DNA of 64,000 bases from Hyphomicrobiales bacterium (GCA_026982665.1 JALSGQ010000037.1:11762-75761), one strand, 5' to 3'; counted from the stretch's first letter, positions 19,754 to 30,338 are shown. Notes: generated by a model from the sequence alone, not told the origin. Translations and numbers: made by a program.

Positions 19754-21997
19754 TCATGCAAACAGCCGCCCCTTGCCAATGCCTTTCGGCATCGGCTTGC
19801 CGACGGCGGCGCGCCGGCCCAGCCACGGCGTGATGTCCTGCAGCAGCCGCGCCGTCTTGCCCTCGGCAGCCCAGCGGATGCCCTCCTCCTGCCGGAAGGT
19901 AACGGCATCGGCCAGTCCACCATCCTTGTAGCGTTGCAGGCGCACGCCCTTGCCGCGGCCCATCTCCGGCAGCTCGGAAAGCGGAAACACCAGCAGCCGC
20001 CGATTCTCCCCCAGCACCGCCACCATGTCATGCCCCTCCGGCACCCGCCGGCACACGGCCAGCCGCGCCGGTGCCTTCACGTTCATCACCTGCCGCCCCT
20101 TGCGGGTGGTGGCCAGCACGTCCGCCTCCTTCACGATGAAGCCGTTGCCCTCGCTGGAGGCCAGCAGCAGCCGCGCCTTCGGGTCATGCACCATCAAGGC
20201 CACGATGTCGTCTTCCGCCGCCATGTCGATGGACAGCCGCACCGGCTCCCCGGCCCCGCGCCCGCCCGGCAGCTTTGCCGCCTCCAGCGTGTAGAACCGC
20301 CCTGACGAGGAAGCCAGCAGCAGCTTGTCCGTGCTCTGGGCATGGAACACGAAGCCGGCGGAGTCCCCTTCCTTGTAGGAGATCTTCGCAATCGCCTCCT
20401 CGTTCAGATGACCCTTGAGTGCGCGAATCCAGCCCTTGGCCGAGCACACCACGGTGATCGGCTCCTTCTCCACCAGCACCGCGTCCAGGTCCACCTCCAC
20501 CACCGGTGCCTCGGCCACCTCCGTGCGCCGCCGCCCCAGTTCCGTCTTCTTGCCCCAGCGCTCGCGCATGCCGCGCACTTCCCAGGCGATGCGGCTCCAC
20601 TGCTTCTCCTCCGAGGCCAGCAGTGCCTGCAGTTCTTCGCGTTCCTTCGCCAGCTCCTCGTGCTCGCGGCGAATCTCGATTTCCTGCAGCTTGTTCAGGG
20701 CGCGCAGCCGCATGTTGAGAATGGCCTCCGCCTGCACCTCTGTCAGGCCGAAGCGGCTCATCAGCTCCGCCTTCGGATCGTCCTCGAAGCGGATGATGCG
20801 GATCACCTCGTCGATGTTGAGGTAGGCGATCAGCAGCCCTTCCAGCACTTCCATGCGGTGGGCGATCTTCTCCAGCCGCCAGTAGGTGCGGCGGATAAGC
20901 ACGTCCATGCGGTGCTGAAGCCACTCCCGCAGCACCTCCCGCAGGCCCATCACCTTCGGTACCCGCCCGCCGCTGAGCACGTTCATGTTCAGCGGCACGC
21001 GCACCTCCAGGTCGGTGAGGCGGAACAGCGACTCCATCAGCACCTGCGGATCCACGTTGCGGCTCTTCGGCACCAGCACCAGCCGCACGTCCTCAGCCGA
21101 TTCGTCTCGCACGTCATCCAGCAGCGGCAGCTTGCGGGCGGTGATCAGCTCGGCGATCTTCTCCACCAGCTTCGCCTTCGGCACCTGGTAGGGCATTTCG
21201 GTAACCACGATCTGCCACTGCCCGCGCCCCAGCTCCTCCTTCTCCCACCGTGCCCGCAGGCGAAAGCCGCCGCGCCCGGTCTCGTAGGCCTTGCGAATGC
21301 TCTCCCGCGGCTCCACCAGCACCCCGCCAGTGGGAAAGTCCGGCCCCGGCACGAATTCCAGCAGCTTGTCGATGGAGGCATTGCGATGCTTGATGAGGTG
21401 CAGCGCGGCGTTGCACAGTTCCTCCACGTTGTGCGGCGGAATGGCGGTGGCCATGCCCACGGCAATACCCTGCGCGCCATTGGCCAGCAGGTTGGGAAAG
21501 GCCGCCGGCAGCACCACCGGCTCCTCGTCCTCGCCGTTGTAGGTCTCGCGGAAATCGACGGCGTCCTCGTCCAGCCCCTCCAGCAGCGCCATCGCCACGT
21601 CGGTGAGCCGCGCTTCCGTATAGCGGTAGGCGGCGGCGCCATCGCCGTCGATGTTGCCGAAGTTGCCTTGCCCCTCGATCAGCGGCCAGCGCACGGCAAA
21701 ATCCTGCGCCAGCCGCACCATGGCGTCATACACCGCCTGATCGCCATGCGGGTGGAACTTGCCGATGACATCACCCACCACCCGCGCGCATTTCTTGAAG
21801 CCGGCGCGCGGATCCAGCCTGAGCACGTGCATGGCATAGAGCAGCCGCCGGTGCACGGGCTTCAGCCCGTCGCGCACGTCCGGCAGCGCCCGGTGCATGA
21901 TGGTGGAAAGCGCATAGGCGAGGTAACGCTCCTCCAGCGCCTCCTTCAGGGAAACGGCCTCGCCCTTCGGCGAATCGCTGTGATGATGGCTGCTCAT
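19754..21997 (-). CDS. parC: DNA topoisomerase IV subunit A
   Basis: Motifs: [75 protein letters not shown]. At about 747 aa with no GyrA-length C-terminus, ParC fits better than GyrA. Confidence 0.88.
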   Translation of the reverse strand: MSSHHHSDSPKGEAVSLKEALEERYLAYALSTIMHRALPDVRDGLKPVHRRLLYAMHVLRLDPRAGFKKCARVVGDVIGKFHPHGDQAVYDAMVRLAQDFAVRWPLIEGQGNFGNIDGDGAAAYRYTEARLTDVAMALLEGLDEDAVDFRETYNGEDEEPVVLPAAFPNLLANGAQGIAVGMATAIPPHNVEELCNAALHLIKHRNASIDKLLEFVPGPDFPTGGVLVEPRESIRKAYETGRGGFRLRARWEKEELGRGQWQIVVTEMPYQVPKAKLVEKIAELITARKLPLLDDVRDESAEDVRLVLVPKSRNVDPQVLMESLFRLTDLEVRVPLNMNVLSGGRVPKVMGLREVLREWLQHRMDVLIRRTYWRLEKIAHRMEVLEGLLIAYLNIDEVIRIIRFEDDPKAELMSRFGLTEVQAEAILNMRLRALNKLQEIEIRREHEELAKEREELQALLASEEKQWSRIAWEVRGMRERWGKKTELGRRRTEVAEAPVVEVDLDAVLVEKEPITVVCSAKGWIRALKGHLNEEAIAKISYKEGDSAGFVFHAQSTDKLLLASSSGRFYTLEAAKLPGGRGAGEPVRLSIDMAAEDDIVALMVHDPKARLLLASSEGNGFIVKEADVLATTRKGRQVMNVKAPARLAVCRRVPEGHDMVAVLGENRRLLVFPLSELPEMGRGKGVRLQRYKDGGLADAVTFRQEEGIRWAAEGKTARLLQDITPWLGRRAAVGKPMPKGIGKGRLFA

Positions 21998-22155
21998 GGG
22001 ACAATGGTAGAACACCCCCGCCAGCCCCACAAGCCGCAACCATGCATGACCAGCTGTTCATCCACCGTTAAGTTCCCGGCCAAACTGACGCCGCATTGGG
22101 CAGGCAGGAAAGGGCATGACAGGCAAAGGGATTCGCTCACCGGGAGGCACTTGGC

Positions 22156-22350
22156 ATGAACATGCACCATCACAACAACAACCAGCCAGCCCTGCACCGC
22201 CCCGCCGCCGAGCCGCTGGAGCAGCTCACCGTGTTCCTGCCGCGCTCCGTGGTGCAGGCATTGCAGGAGCAGGTGCCCGCCGGCCAGCGCCGCGCCTTCA
22301 TCGCCCGCGCCCTGCAGGCAGCCCTGCAGCGCGAGACGGAAGAGACCTGA
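22156..22350 (+). CDS. small ribbon-helix-helix-like protein (orphan)
   Basis: 64 aa with high GC3. LTVFLPRSVVQALQEQVPAGQRRAFIARALQAAL fits a strand-helix-helix pattern. No partner gene is adjacent. Confidence 0.4.
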   Translation: MNMHHHNNNQPALHRPAAEPLEQLTVFLPRSVVQALQEQVPAGQRRAFIARALQAALQRETEET

Positions 22351-22519
22351 TCCATACACTACCGCCTTCATTCCGGCAGCGGCAGTTTCTCCAGCCTGAC
22401 GCCCGCTTGCGCACGCCTTGCTCCGCGAGCAACCAATGGCCTGCTTCAACACTCCCTCTTTTGCGTCTTGGTCATGCCGGTGCACCATCATGACCGAGCC
22501 ATCTACCATGGCATGTTCT

Positions 22520-23359
22520 TCAAGGTCTGGCTCCACCTCTGGCAGTGTAATCGCTGGCGGCGTCAGCGAGGGAATGGATGGTGGGGTGCTCGCCGGTGAG
22601 CGGGTTGTCCGGGCGCCATTGCAGGCGCACCTTGAGGAACTCGGTGGAGAGTGCCTCGTAGATGACGAGCCAGCCGGCCAATGATGTGCCGATGCCGGTG
22701 ATCTCCTTGATGGCTTCCATGGCCTGCAATGATCCCATGACGCCGGGCAGTGCACCGATGACACCGGCCTCGGCGCAGTTGGGCACACTGCCCGGTGGTG
22801 GCGGCTCCGGCAGGAAATCTCGGTAGCCGGGCAGTGGTGTGCCGTTCTCGTCCGTCTCGTATGGCCTGAAGGTGGCAAGCTGGCCGGTGAACTGGCCGAT
22901 GGCAGCCCAGACGAGGGGCTTCTGCGCGAAGAAGCAGGCATCGGAGACGAGGTAGCGGGTGGCGAAGTTGTCGGAGCCGTCCAGCACCACGTCGAAGCGG
23001 CTGATGATGGCCAGCGCGTTGTCCGGCGTCAGGCGCTCGTCGAACAGCTCCAGCGCCACGTGCGGGTTGATCTCCCGCAGCGTTTCGGCGGCGCTTTGCG
23101 TCTTCGGCTGGCCGATGCGGGAGGTGGCGTGCAGTATCTGCCGCTGCAGGTTGGAGAGGCTGACCGTGTCATCATCGATGATGCCGAGCCTGCCGATACC
23201 GGCGGCGGCCAGATACAGCGCCGCCGGGCTGCCCAGCCCGCCAGCGCCGATGATGAGGGCCGAGGATGCCTTCATGCGTGCCTGGGCAGGGCCGCCGAAG
23301 TCGCGCAGCACGATGTGGCGGCGGTAGCGCTCAAGCTCCTCTGGCGTGAAGTCGGGCAT
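22520..23359 (-). CDS. ThiF/MoeB/HesA-family E1-like adenylyltransferase
   Basis: Motifs: RYRRHIVLRDFGGPAQARM, IIGAGGLGSPAALYLAAAGIGRLGIIDDDTVSLSNLQRQ, DGSDNFATRYL, NCAEAGVIGALPG. Confidence 0.85.
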   Translation of the reverse strand: MPDFTPEELERYRRHIVLRDFGGPAQARMKASSALIIGAGGLGSPAALYLAAAGIGRLGIIDDDTVSLSNLQRQILHATSRIGQPKTQSAAETLREINPHVALELFDERLTPDNALAIISRFDVVLDGSDNFATRYLVSDACFFAQKPLVWAAIGQFTGQLATFRPYETDENGTPLPGYRDFLPEPPPPGSVPNCAEAGVIGALPGVMGSLQAMEAIKEITGIGTSLAGWLVIYEALSTEFLKVRLQWRPDNPLTGEHPTIHSLADAASDYTARGGARP

Positions 23360-23405
23360 GGGTGGGGTTTCCGAAGCGGGGTGATGCGATGCGCCCGTTG
23401 CGATG

Positions 23406-24386
<981 letters not shown>

Positions 24387-24725
24387 GTGGCATACCTCCC
24401 AGCATGTCCTCCCATTACAGTATCTCTTGCAGCAGGAACGAGGTGCACGCAAGCGCTCTTTCAGCGGGCAAATCACCACAAGGCGGGATGATTTTCCATT
24501 GACAGGGTTGGGCAATGGGCGCACACTTCATGGCATCTGACCGCAACGTGCACATGATGCGTTGCCGGCCTTTCACCACGGTCGCCATTGCCGCCGACGG
24601 GTGCTGACCTGTGCTTGCGGCCATCCATCCCGCCGACGGGCGACCAGCTTCAATTACAGGTGCGATCATGCGCAGGAGTGCAATGATTGCGCACACAGGC
24701 GCAAAGCTGGAGGGAGGAGGAGACA

Positions 24726-25199
24726 ATGGAACTGGCGCTGGTCATCGACCCTGACAAGTGCACCGGTTGCCGGCAGTGCGAGCTGGCGTGCTCGTTTCGC
24801 CACACCGGGGCCTACAACCCGTCGCGCTCGCGCATCGTGGTGTTCGACTTTCACACCAAGGGGCGCTTCGTGCCCTACACCTGCACGCAGTGCGACCAGG
24901 CTTGGTGCCAGCAGGTGTGCCCGGTGGAGGCCATCACCAACGAGAACGGCATCAAGGTGGTGAACGAGGCCATCTGCGTGGGCTGCAAGGTGTGCACCAT
25001 CGCCTGCCCGTTCGGCACGGTGAACTACGATCCGCAGTCCGGCAAGGTCATCAAGTGCGACCTGTGCGATGGCGAACCGGCCTGTGCGGAGGCCTGCCCG
25101 ACGGAGGCCATCGTGTTCACCGACATCGCCGTGCAGGGATACGAGAAGATGCGCGAGTGGGCGGAGCGCACCGACACCGGCCCGCAGGCCAGCGCGTGA
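24726..25199 (+). CDS. 4Fe-4S polyferredoxin-like electron-transfer subunit (AorA-like)
   Basis: RBS GGAGGGAGGAGGAG lies upstream of the ATG at 24726. Four Cys clusters: CTGCRQCELAC, CTQCDQAWCQQVCP, CVGCKVCTIACP, CDLCDGEPACAEACP. Confidence 0.85.
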   Translation: MELALVIDPDKCTGCRQCELACSFRHTGAYNPSRSRIVVFDFHTKGRFVPYTCTQCDQAWCQQVCPVEAITNENGIKVVNEAICVGCKVCTIACPFGTVNYDPQSGKVIKCDLCDGEPACAEACPTEAIVFTDIAVQGYEKMREWAERTDTGPQASA

Positions 25200-25309
25200 G
25201 GCGCGCGATTGCGCAGCGACATGCGATTCAATGTTTCGCGCGCCGCCGGAGCGGCATCTGATTCGAAGGCCATTCCGGCCTGGCGCGGATGATTGGGAGG
25301 ATGAAGACG

Positions 25310-27160
25310 ATGAGCTGGACGGGCAAGATCCTGAGGGTGAACCTCACCGACGGTTCCATTACCGAGGAACCGCTGAACATGGAATGGGCGCAGCAGTATC
25401 TTGGTCAGCGCGGCCTGGGCACGAAATACCTGGTGGAGGAGATCGACCCGAAGGTCGATCCGCTCTCGCCCGACAACAAGCTCATCTTCGCCACCGGCCC
25501 GCTGACGGGCACCGGTGCCTCCACCTCGGCGCGCTATTCGGTCATCACCAAGTCGCCGCTGACGGGCTGCGTGGCCTGCTCCAACTCCGGCGGCTACTTC
25601 GGCCCGGAGCTGAAATACGCCGGCTATGACATGATCATCTTCGAGGGCAAGGCGCCGAACCCGGTGTATCTGCTGGTGGAAGACGACAACGTGGAGCTGG
25701 TGGATGCCTCCGATCTGTGGGGCAAGTCCGTGTGGGAGACGGATGCCGCCATCAAGGAGAAGCACCAGGAGCCGCTGCTGCACATCGCCACCATTGGCCA
25801 TCCGGGCGAATATGGCGCGCTGCTTTCGGCAGTGGTGAACGATGGCCACCGCGCCGCCGGGCGCTCCGGCGTTGGCACCGTGATGGGCTCGAAAAACCTG
25901 AAGGCGGTGGCCGTGCATGGCACCAAGGGGCTGAAGGTGAAGGATCCGGAGGCCTTCGTGGCGGCGGTGAACGCCGGCAAGAAGGTGCTGGCGGAGAATG
26001 CCGTTACCGGCGAGGCGCTGCCCACCTACGGCACCAACGTGCTGATGAACATCATCAACGAGATCGGCGCGCTGCCGACGCGCAATGCGCGGGAGGTGCA
26101 GTTCGAGGGTGCGAACGAGATCTCCGGAGAGGCCATGCACCGCCCGCGCCGCTCCGACGGCAAGCCCAACCTGGTTACCAACCAGGGCTGCTTCGGTTGC
26201 ACCATCGCCTGCGGGCGCGTCTCGAAGATCGACCCGACGCACTTCAGCGTGAAGGACAAGCCGCAGTATCACATCGCCTCCGGCGGCGTGGAATACGAGA
26301 ACGCCTGGTCGCTGGGCGCGGATTGCGGCGTCGATGACCTGGAGGCGCTGACCTACTGCAACTATCGCTGCAACGAGCATGCGATGGATCCCATCTCCGT
26401 CGGTGCCACCGTTGCCGCGGCGATGGAGCTTTACGAGGAGGGCGTCATCGACAAGGAGGAGACCGGCGGCATCGAGCTGAAGTTCGGTTCGGCAGAGGCC
26501 CTGTGCGCTGCCGTGGATGCCATGTGCGAGGGCACGGAGTTCGGCAAGAAGCTGGCGATGGGCTCGAAGCGCCTGTGCGAGCACTATGGCCGCCCGGAGC
26601 TTTCGATGACGGTGAAGGGGCAGGAGTTCCCGGCCTATGATCCGCGCGGCATCCAGGGCATGGGGCTGACCTACGCCACCTCCAACCGCGGCGCCTGCCA
26701 CCTGCGTTCCTACACCGTGGCCTCGGAGGTGCTGGGCATTCCGGAGAAGACCGACCCGCTCACCACCGATGGCAAGGCGGCGCTGGTGAAGGCCTTCCAG
26801 GACGCCACGGCGGCGGTGGATTCATCAGGCCTTTGCATCTTCACCACCTTCGCCTGGACGCTGGAGGACATCGCCCCGCAGATCGATGCTGCCTGCGAGG
26901 GCGAATGGACGGCGGAGCGCCTGCTGGAGGTGGGCGAGCGCATCTGGAACATGGAGCGCAAGTTCAACCTCGATGCCGGCATCACGCCGGATCAGGACAC
27001 GCTGCCGAAGCGCCTGCTGAAGGATGCGGCGAAGACCGGCCCGGCCAAGGGGCTGGTGAACGGGCTGGACAAGATGCTGCCCGAATACTACGCGCTGCGC
27101 GGCTGGACGCCGGACGGCGTGCCCACCGAGCAGACGCTGCAACGCTTCGGCCTGGCCTGA
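25310..27160 (+). CDS. aldehyde:ferredoxin oxidoreductase family catalytic subunit (tungstopterin type, AorB-like)
   Basis: MSWTGKILRVNLTDGSI starts the protein. Other motifs: FATGPLTGTGASTSARYSVITKSPLTG, GRSGVGTVMGSKNLKA, GCFGCTIACGR, YATSNRGACHLR. GGGAGG lies 9 nt upstream. Confidence 0.92.
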   Translation: MSWTGKILRVNLTDGSITEEPLNMEWAQQYLGQRGLGTKYLVEEIDPKVDPLSPDNKLIFATGPLTGTGASTSARYSVITKSPLTGCVACSNSGGYFGPELKYAGYDMIIFEGKAPNPVYLLVEDDNVELVDASDLWGKSVWETDAAIKEKHQEPLLHIATIGHPGEYGALLSAVVNDGHRAAGRSGVGTVMGSKNLKAVAVHGTKGLKVKDPEAFVAAVNAGKKVLAENAVTGEALPTYGTNVLMNIINEIGALPTRNAREVQFEGANEISGEAMHRPRRSDGKPNLVTNQGCFGCTIACGRVSKIDPTHFSVKDKPQYHIASGGVEYENAWSLGADCGVDDLEALTYCNYRCNEHAMDPISVGATVAAAMELYEEGVIDKEETGGIELKFGSAEALCAAVDAMCEGTEFGKKLAMGSKRLCEHYGRPELSMTVKGQEFPAYDPRGIQGMGLTYATSNRGACHLRSYTVASEVLGIPEKTDPLTTDGKAALVKAFQDATAAVDSSGLCIFTTFAWTLEDIAPQIDAACEGEWTAERLLEVGERIWNMERKFNLDAGITPDQDTLPKRLLKDAAKTGPAKGLVNGLDKMLPEYYALRGWTPDGVPTEQTLQRFGLA

Positions 27161-27175
27161 GACGGCTCGCGCAAC

Positions 27176-27210
27176 GCCCGGAATCTTACGCAGATTCCGG
27201 GCATTTCTCA
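27176..27210 (+). terminator. terminator-like hairpin directly after the AOR catalytic gene
   Basis: 11-bp stem GCCCGGAATCT-tacgc-AGATTCCGGGC (27176-27202) followed by ATTTCTCAT. The T-tract is imperfect. Confidence 0.45.
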
Positions 27211-27237
27211 TCCGCTGGTCAAGCGGGCGGCACGGGT

Positions 27238-27564
27238 TTAAGAGGCATCCTCGGTGTGGCGGCGCACATGGGCGCGCAAAATGTCGTTGATGCGCGTCTG
27301 CCAGCCGCGTCCCGTGGAACGGAAGAAAGCGATGATGTCCGGATCCAGACGCAGGGTGATCTGCTGCTTGCGCGGCTTGCGCCCCGGCCCGCGCGTGCGG
27401 CGGAAAGCCGCCACCACATGCGGCAGCACCTCGCTGGCCGGGCGCATGGCGGCCAGTTCGGCATCGCTCAGCGGCGGGTTGTCCGCATCGCGCCGGGCGG
27501 CGGCATTGATGCGGCGCTCCTCCGGCTCAGACACCACGTGGCGGACGGGCTTTTTGCCAGGCAT
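27238..27564 (-). CDS. brnA: BrnA-family antitoxin
   Basis: Motifs: DNPPLSDAELAAMRPASEVLP, RKQQITLRLDPDIIAFFRSTGRGWQTRINDILRAHV. Lies downstream of brnT and overlaps it. Confidence 0.75.
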   Translation of the reverse strand: MPGKKPVRHVVSEPEERRINAAARRDADNPPLSDAELAAMRPASEVLPHVVAAFRRTRGPGRKPRKQQITLRLDPDIIAFFRSTGRGWQTRINDILRAHVRRHTEDAS

Positions 27565-27811
27565 CGCATTCTCTCCGGTTAGCCTTGCGCAGGCTGATGA
27601 TGCGGACGATGGCGCCGCGCAGGGTGAACACCATCACGTGCAGGCGCTGGCCGATGGGAGCCAGTGCTATCCAGCGCTCTTCTCCGTAATCGCGCCGGTC
27701 GTCCCGGCGCACCAGCGCCTGATCCCAGTCGAAATCCTCGGCGGCGGTGAAGGGGACACCATGCTTGGCCAGGTTGGCGGCAGCCTTGCGAGGATCCCAT
27801 TCATACCGCAT
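27527..27811 (-). CDS. brnT: BrnT-family (DUF497) ribonuclease toxin
   Basis: ATG at 27811. Motifs: MRYEWDPRKAAANLAKHGVPFTAAEDF, GEERWIALAPIG, VRIISLRKANRRE. Confidence 0.8.
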   Translation of the reverse strand: MRYEWDPRKAAANLAKHGVPFTAAEDFDWDQALVRRDDRRDYGEERWIALAPIGQRLHVMVFTLRGAIVRIISLRKANRRECDAWQKARPPRGV

Positions 27812-27876
27812 GCACAGAGTGTAACTACAATTTGTCAGGAAAGCAAACGTGCCGACAGGCACGGGGAGGAAGAGCA

Positions 27877-29118
27877 ATGCGGCATGTGATCATCGGAGCG
27901 GGGCCGGCGGGGGTGCGGGCGGCGGAGACCATTCGCGCGCTGCAGCCCGAGGCCGACATCACCCTGGTGGATGGCGAGGGTGAGGCGCCCTATTCACGCA
28001 TGGCCATTCCCTACCTGCTGGAAGGCAAGATCGGGGAACAGGGCACGTGGCTGCACCGCCCGCTGGAGTTCTACAGCCAGCAGCGCATCGCGCTGGTGCG
28101 GGGGCGGGCGCAAGAGCTGGATGCGGCGGCGAAGCGCGTGATGATGGAAGACGGCACGGCGCTGGACTACGACCGGCTGCTGGTGGCTACCGGCGCGCGC
28201 GCCATCAAGCCGCCGGTGGAAGGGCTGGGGCATGAGCGCGTGCACCACTGCTGGACGCTGGAGGACGCCCGCGCCATCGAGAAGCTGGCGCAGCCGGGTG
28301 CGGAGGTGGTGCTGATGGGCGCGGGCTTCATCGGCTGCATCATCCTGGAGGCGCTGGTGAAGCGGCGGGTGAAGCTCACCGTGGTGGAGATAGAGGATCG
28401 CATGGTGCCGCGCATGCTGGACGAGGTGGCCGGCGGCATGTTGCAGCGGTGGTGCGAGAACAACGGCGTCAAGGTGCTTACCTCCACTGCCATCGAGAAA
28501 GTGGAAGAGGCGGGGGATGGCAGGCTCGTGGTCGGCGTCTCCAGTGGCGAGACGCTGGATGCCGACCTGCTGGTGGTGGCCGCCGGCGTGGCACCGAACA
28601 TCGAGTTCATGGAGGGCACCGGCGTGGAGAAGCGCGCCGGCATCATCGTCAACGCCCGCATGGAAACTTCGCTGCCGGACGTGTGGGCGGCAGGCGACTG
28701 CGCCGAGGGCTGCGACTTCTCCACAGGCAATCTCTCCACCCTGGCCATTCAGCCGGTGGCGGTGGAGCAGGCCATCACGGCAGCGAAGAACATGGCCGGC
28801 GTGGAAGCCGAATATCACTGCGCGCTGCCGATGAACGTGCTGGACACGCTGGGGCTGATCACCACCAGCTTCGGCAAGCATGATGGCGTCGGAGGCCCGC
28901 GGGCGGTGCTGCACAATGCCGACGAGTGGCGCTACATCCGGCTGGAGTTTGACGAAGACAGGCTCATCGGCGCGCAGACGGCGGGGCACGTGCACATGGT
29001 GGGCATGCTGCGCGGCCTCATCCAGAGCCGGTTGCCACTGAAGGAGTGGAAGGACAAGCTGCTGAAGCACCCGGAGCGCGTGGCAGAGGCCTACGTGGAT
29101 CTCACCCACGTGGCGTGA
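27877..29118 (+). CDS. FAD-dependent pyridine-nucleotide-disulfide oxidoreductase-family subunit (AorC-like)
   Basis: RBS GGGGAGGAAG precedes the ATG at 27877. Motifs: MRHVIIGAGPAGVRAAE, LVATGARAIKPP, VVLMGAGFIGCIILEAL, VWAAGDCAEG. Confidence 0.85.
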   Translation: MRHVIIGAGPAGVRAAETIRALQPEADITLVDGEGEAPYSRMAIPYLLEGKIGEQGTWLHRPLEFYSQQRIALVRGRAQELDAAAKRVMMEDGTALDYDRLLVATGARAIKPPVEGLGHERVHHCWTLEDARAIEKLAQPGAEVVLMGAGFIGCIILEALVKRRVKLTVVEIEDRMVPRMLDEVAGGMLQRWCENNGVKVLTSTAIEKVEEAGDGRLVVGVSSGETLDADLLVVAAGVAPNIEFMEGTGVEKRAGIIVNARMETSLPDVWAAGDCAEGCDFSTGNLSTLAIQPVAVEQAITAAKNMAGVEAEYHCALPMNVLDTLGLITTSFGKHDGVGGPRAVLHNADEWRYIRLEFDEDRLIGAQTAGHVHMVGMLRGLIQSRLPLKEWKDKLLKHPERVAEAYVDLTHVA

Positions 29119-29230
29119 TGCCGGCGGAGTGGAAGACGGCTTGTGCCCGCAGGGCGCGTGAAATCATGCCGCATCCTTCCCATTTGCATGGTGAGAGCAT
29201 GAATGGCCATGCAGCAAGGGAGGGCGTGTC

Positions 29231-29473
29231 ATGACGCTGGAACAACTCTCCGCCTTTCTCGGCTGGATGACGGTGCTGAACGCCGTGTTCCTGGGCGTTT
29301 CGTGGGTCATCGTGCTGACGGGCAGGCGGTGGATGAACTCCATCATCGTGCGCCTGCTGCCGTTGCCGGAAGAGCGGCTGAACGAGGAATACCTGCGCTG
29401 GCTGGCGCGCTACGAGCTGCTGATATACTTCTTCAACCTGATGCCGTGGCTGGCGCTGCAACTGATACGCTGA
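29231..29473 (+). CDS. small two-helix membrane protein, function unknown
   Basis: 80 aa with high GC3. Hydrophobic helices LSAFLGWMTVLNAVFLGVSWVIVL and LLIYFFNLMPWLALQLI. Sits between the FAD subunit gene and the MoaD-like gene. Confidence 0.5.
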   Translation: MTLEQLSAFLGWMTVLNAVFLGVSWVIVLTGRRWMNSIIVRLLPLPEERLNEEYLRWLARYELLIYFFNLMPWLALQLIR

Positions 29474-29487
29474 ACGAGGCCATTGCA

Positions 29488-29742
29488 ATGCGCATCACCC
29501 TGAAACTGTTCGCCACGCTGGAGCAATACCTGCCGCCGGCACGACAGGCGCACAACGAGGTGGAGATGGAGGTGGCGGAAGGTGCCAGCATCGGCGCGGT
29601 GCTGGACAGCCTCGGCGTGCCGCGCGAGCAGGTGCACCTGGTGCTGGTGGATGGCCGCTTCATCGACAACGATGGGCTGGATGACACCGTGCTGCAGCCC
29701 GGCCAGTCGCTGGCCGTGTGGCCGCCGGTGGCCGGCGGATGA
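29488..29742 (+). CDS. MoaD/ThiS-family ubiquitin-like sulfur-carrier protein
   Basis: 84 aa. Starts MRITLKLFATLEQYLP and ends LQPGQSLAVWPPVAGG-stop. The C-terminal Gly-Gly and the length fit a beta-grasp sulfur carrier. Confidence 0.7.
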   Translation: MRITLKLFATLEQYLPPARQAHNEVEMEVAEGASIGAVLDSLGVPREQVHLVLVDGRFIDNDGLDDTVLQPGQSLAVWPPVAGG

Positions 29743-29749
29743 GGGTATC

Positions 29750-30063
29750 ATGCGCTGGTGGATGCTGTTCGTATGCCTGTCAATGGCCTTGCTGGCGCAG
29801 GAGGGCAGGGCAATCTCCTTGTGCACGGAGCCGGATGTGCCGACTATCTCGACAAAAGCAGCAACGGCCGGGAATTTGATGGCTGCCGTAGCGAATTGGA
29901 ATCGTTCAAGGAAGAATTGGCAAGCTTCATCGAGTGCAGACAACAGGAATTGCGCAACGAGCAAGAGGAGCTGCGCAGCAAGGTGGATGACTTGCTGACG
30001 GATTATCGGCAGGCCGTTGAGCGCTACAACTGCAAGGCCAGAGGTGAGGACTTCTGTTATTGA
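29750..30063 (+). pseudogene. small low-GC Cys-containing secreted-type ORF apparently split by a -1 frame change
   Basis: The frame starting at 29750 gives a signal peptide (MRWWMLFVCLSMALLAQEG) with good GC3 up to about 29850. The coding-like signal then continues in the frame of ORF 29758..30063 (SSNGREFDGCRSELESFKEELASFIECRQQELRNEQEEL ... CKARGEDFCY). The junction is the A4 run at 29854-29857. Confidence 0.3.
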
Positions 30064-30077
30064 TCATCACGCGGGAA

Positions 30078-30338
30078 ATGAGCATCTCCCGTGCCGAGTT
30101 CGCCCGCATCATCGAGCGGCTGGGGGCACAGCCCGTGGATGATGGCGTGGCGGAAGCGGCTTCCTGCTGGGAGCTGGAAGGGGCGCGCATCAGCATTCGC
30201 CCGCTGCCGCCGCTGCGGCGTGGCGCGATAACGTTGCCGCGGGTGGAAATGCGGCTGGATGCCAGCGCCCTTTCCCGGTTGCGGGCGGAGGTGCTGCTGG
30301 AAGACATTCGCCGTGCCTTCCAGCGTGCCGGAGGGTGA
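30078..30338 (+). CDS. hypothetical protein
   Basis: 86 aa from the ATG at 30078 (MSISRAEFARIIERLG...). GC3 is high. No family recognised. Confidence 0.4.
   Translation: MSISRAEFARIIERLGAQPVDDGVAEAASCWELEGARISIRPLPPLRRGAITLPRVEMRLDASALSRLRAEVLLEDIRRAFQRAGG

Noticed and set aside
30078-30338. Second ubiquitin-like carrier, suggested because the hypothetical protein also ends in ...RAGG
   Set aside because: There is no beta-grasp-like pattern or MoaD/ThiS motifs in the rest of the sequence. A terminal GG is plausible by chance in a Gly/Ala-rich proteome.
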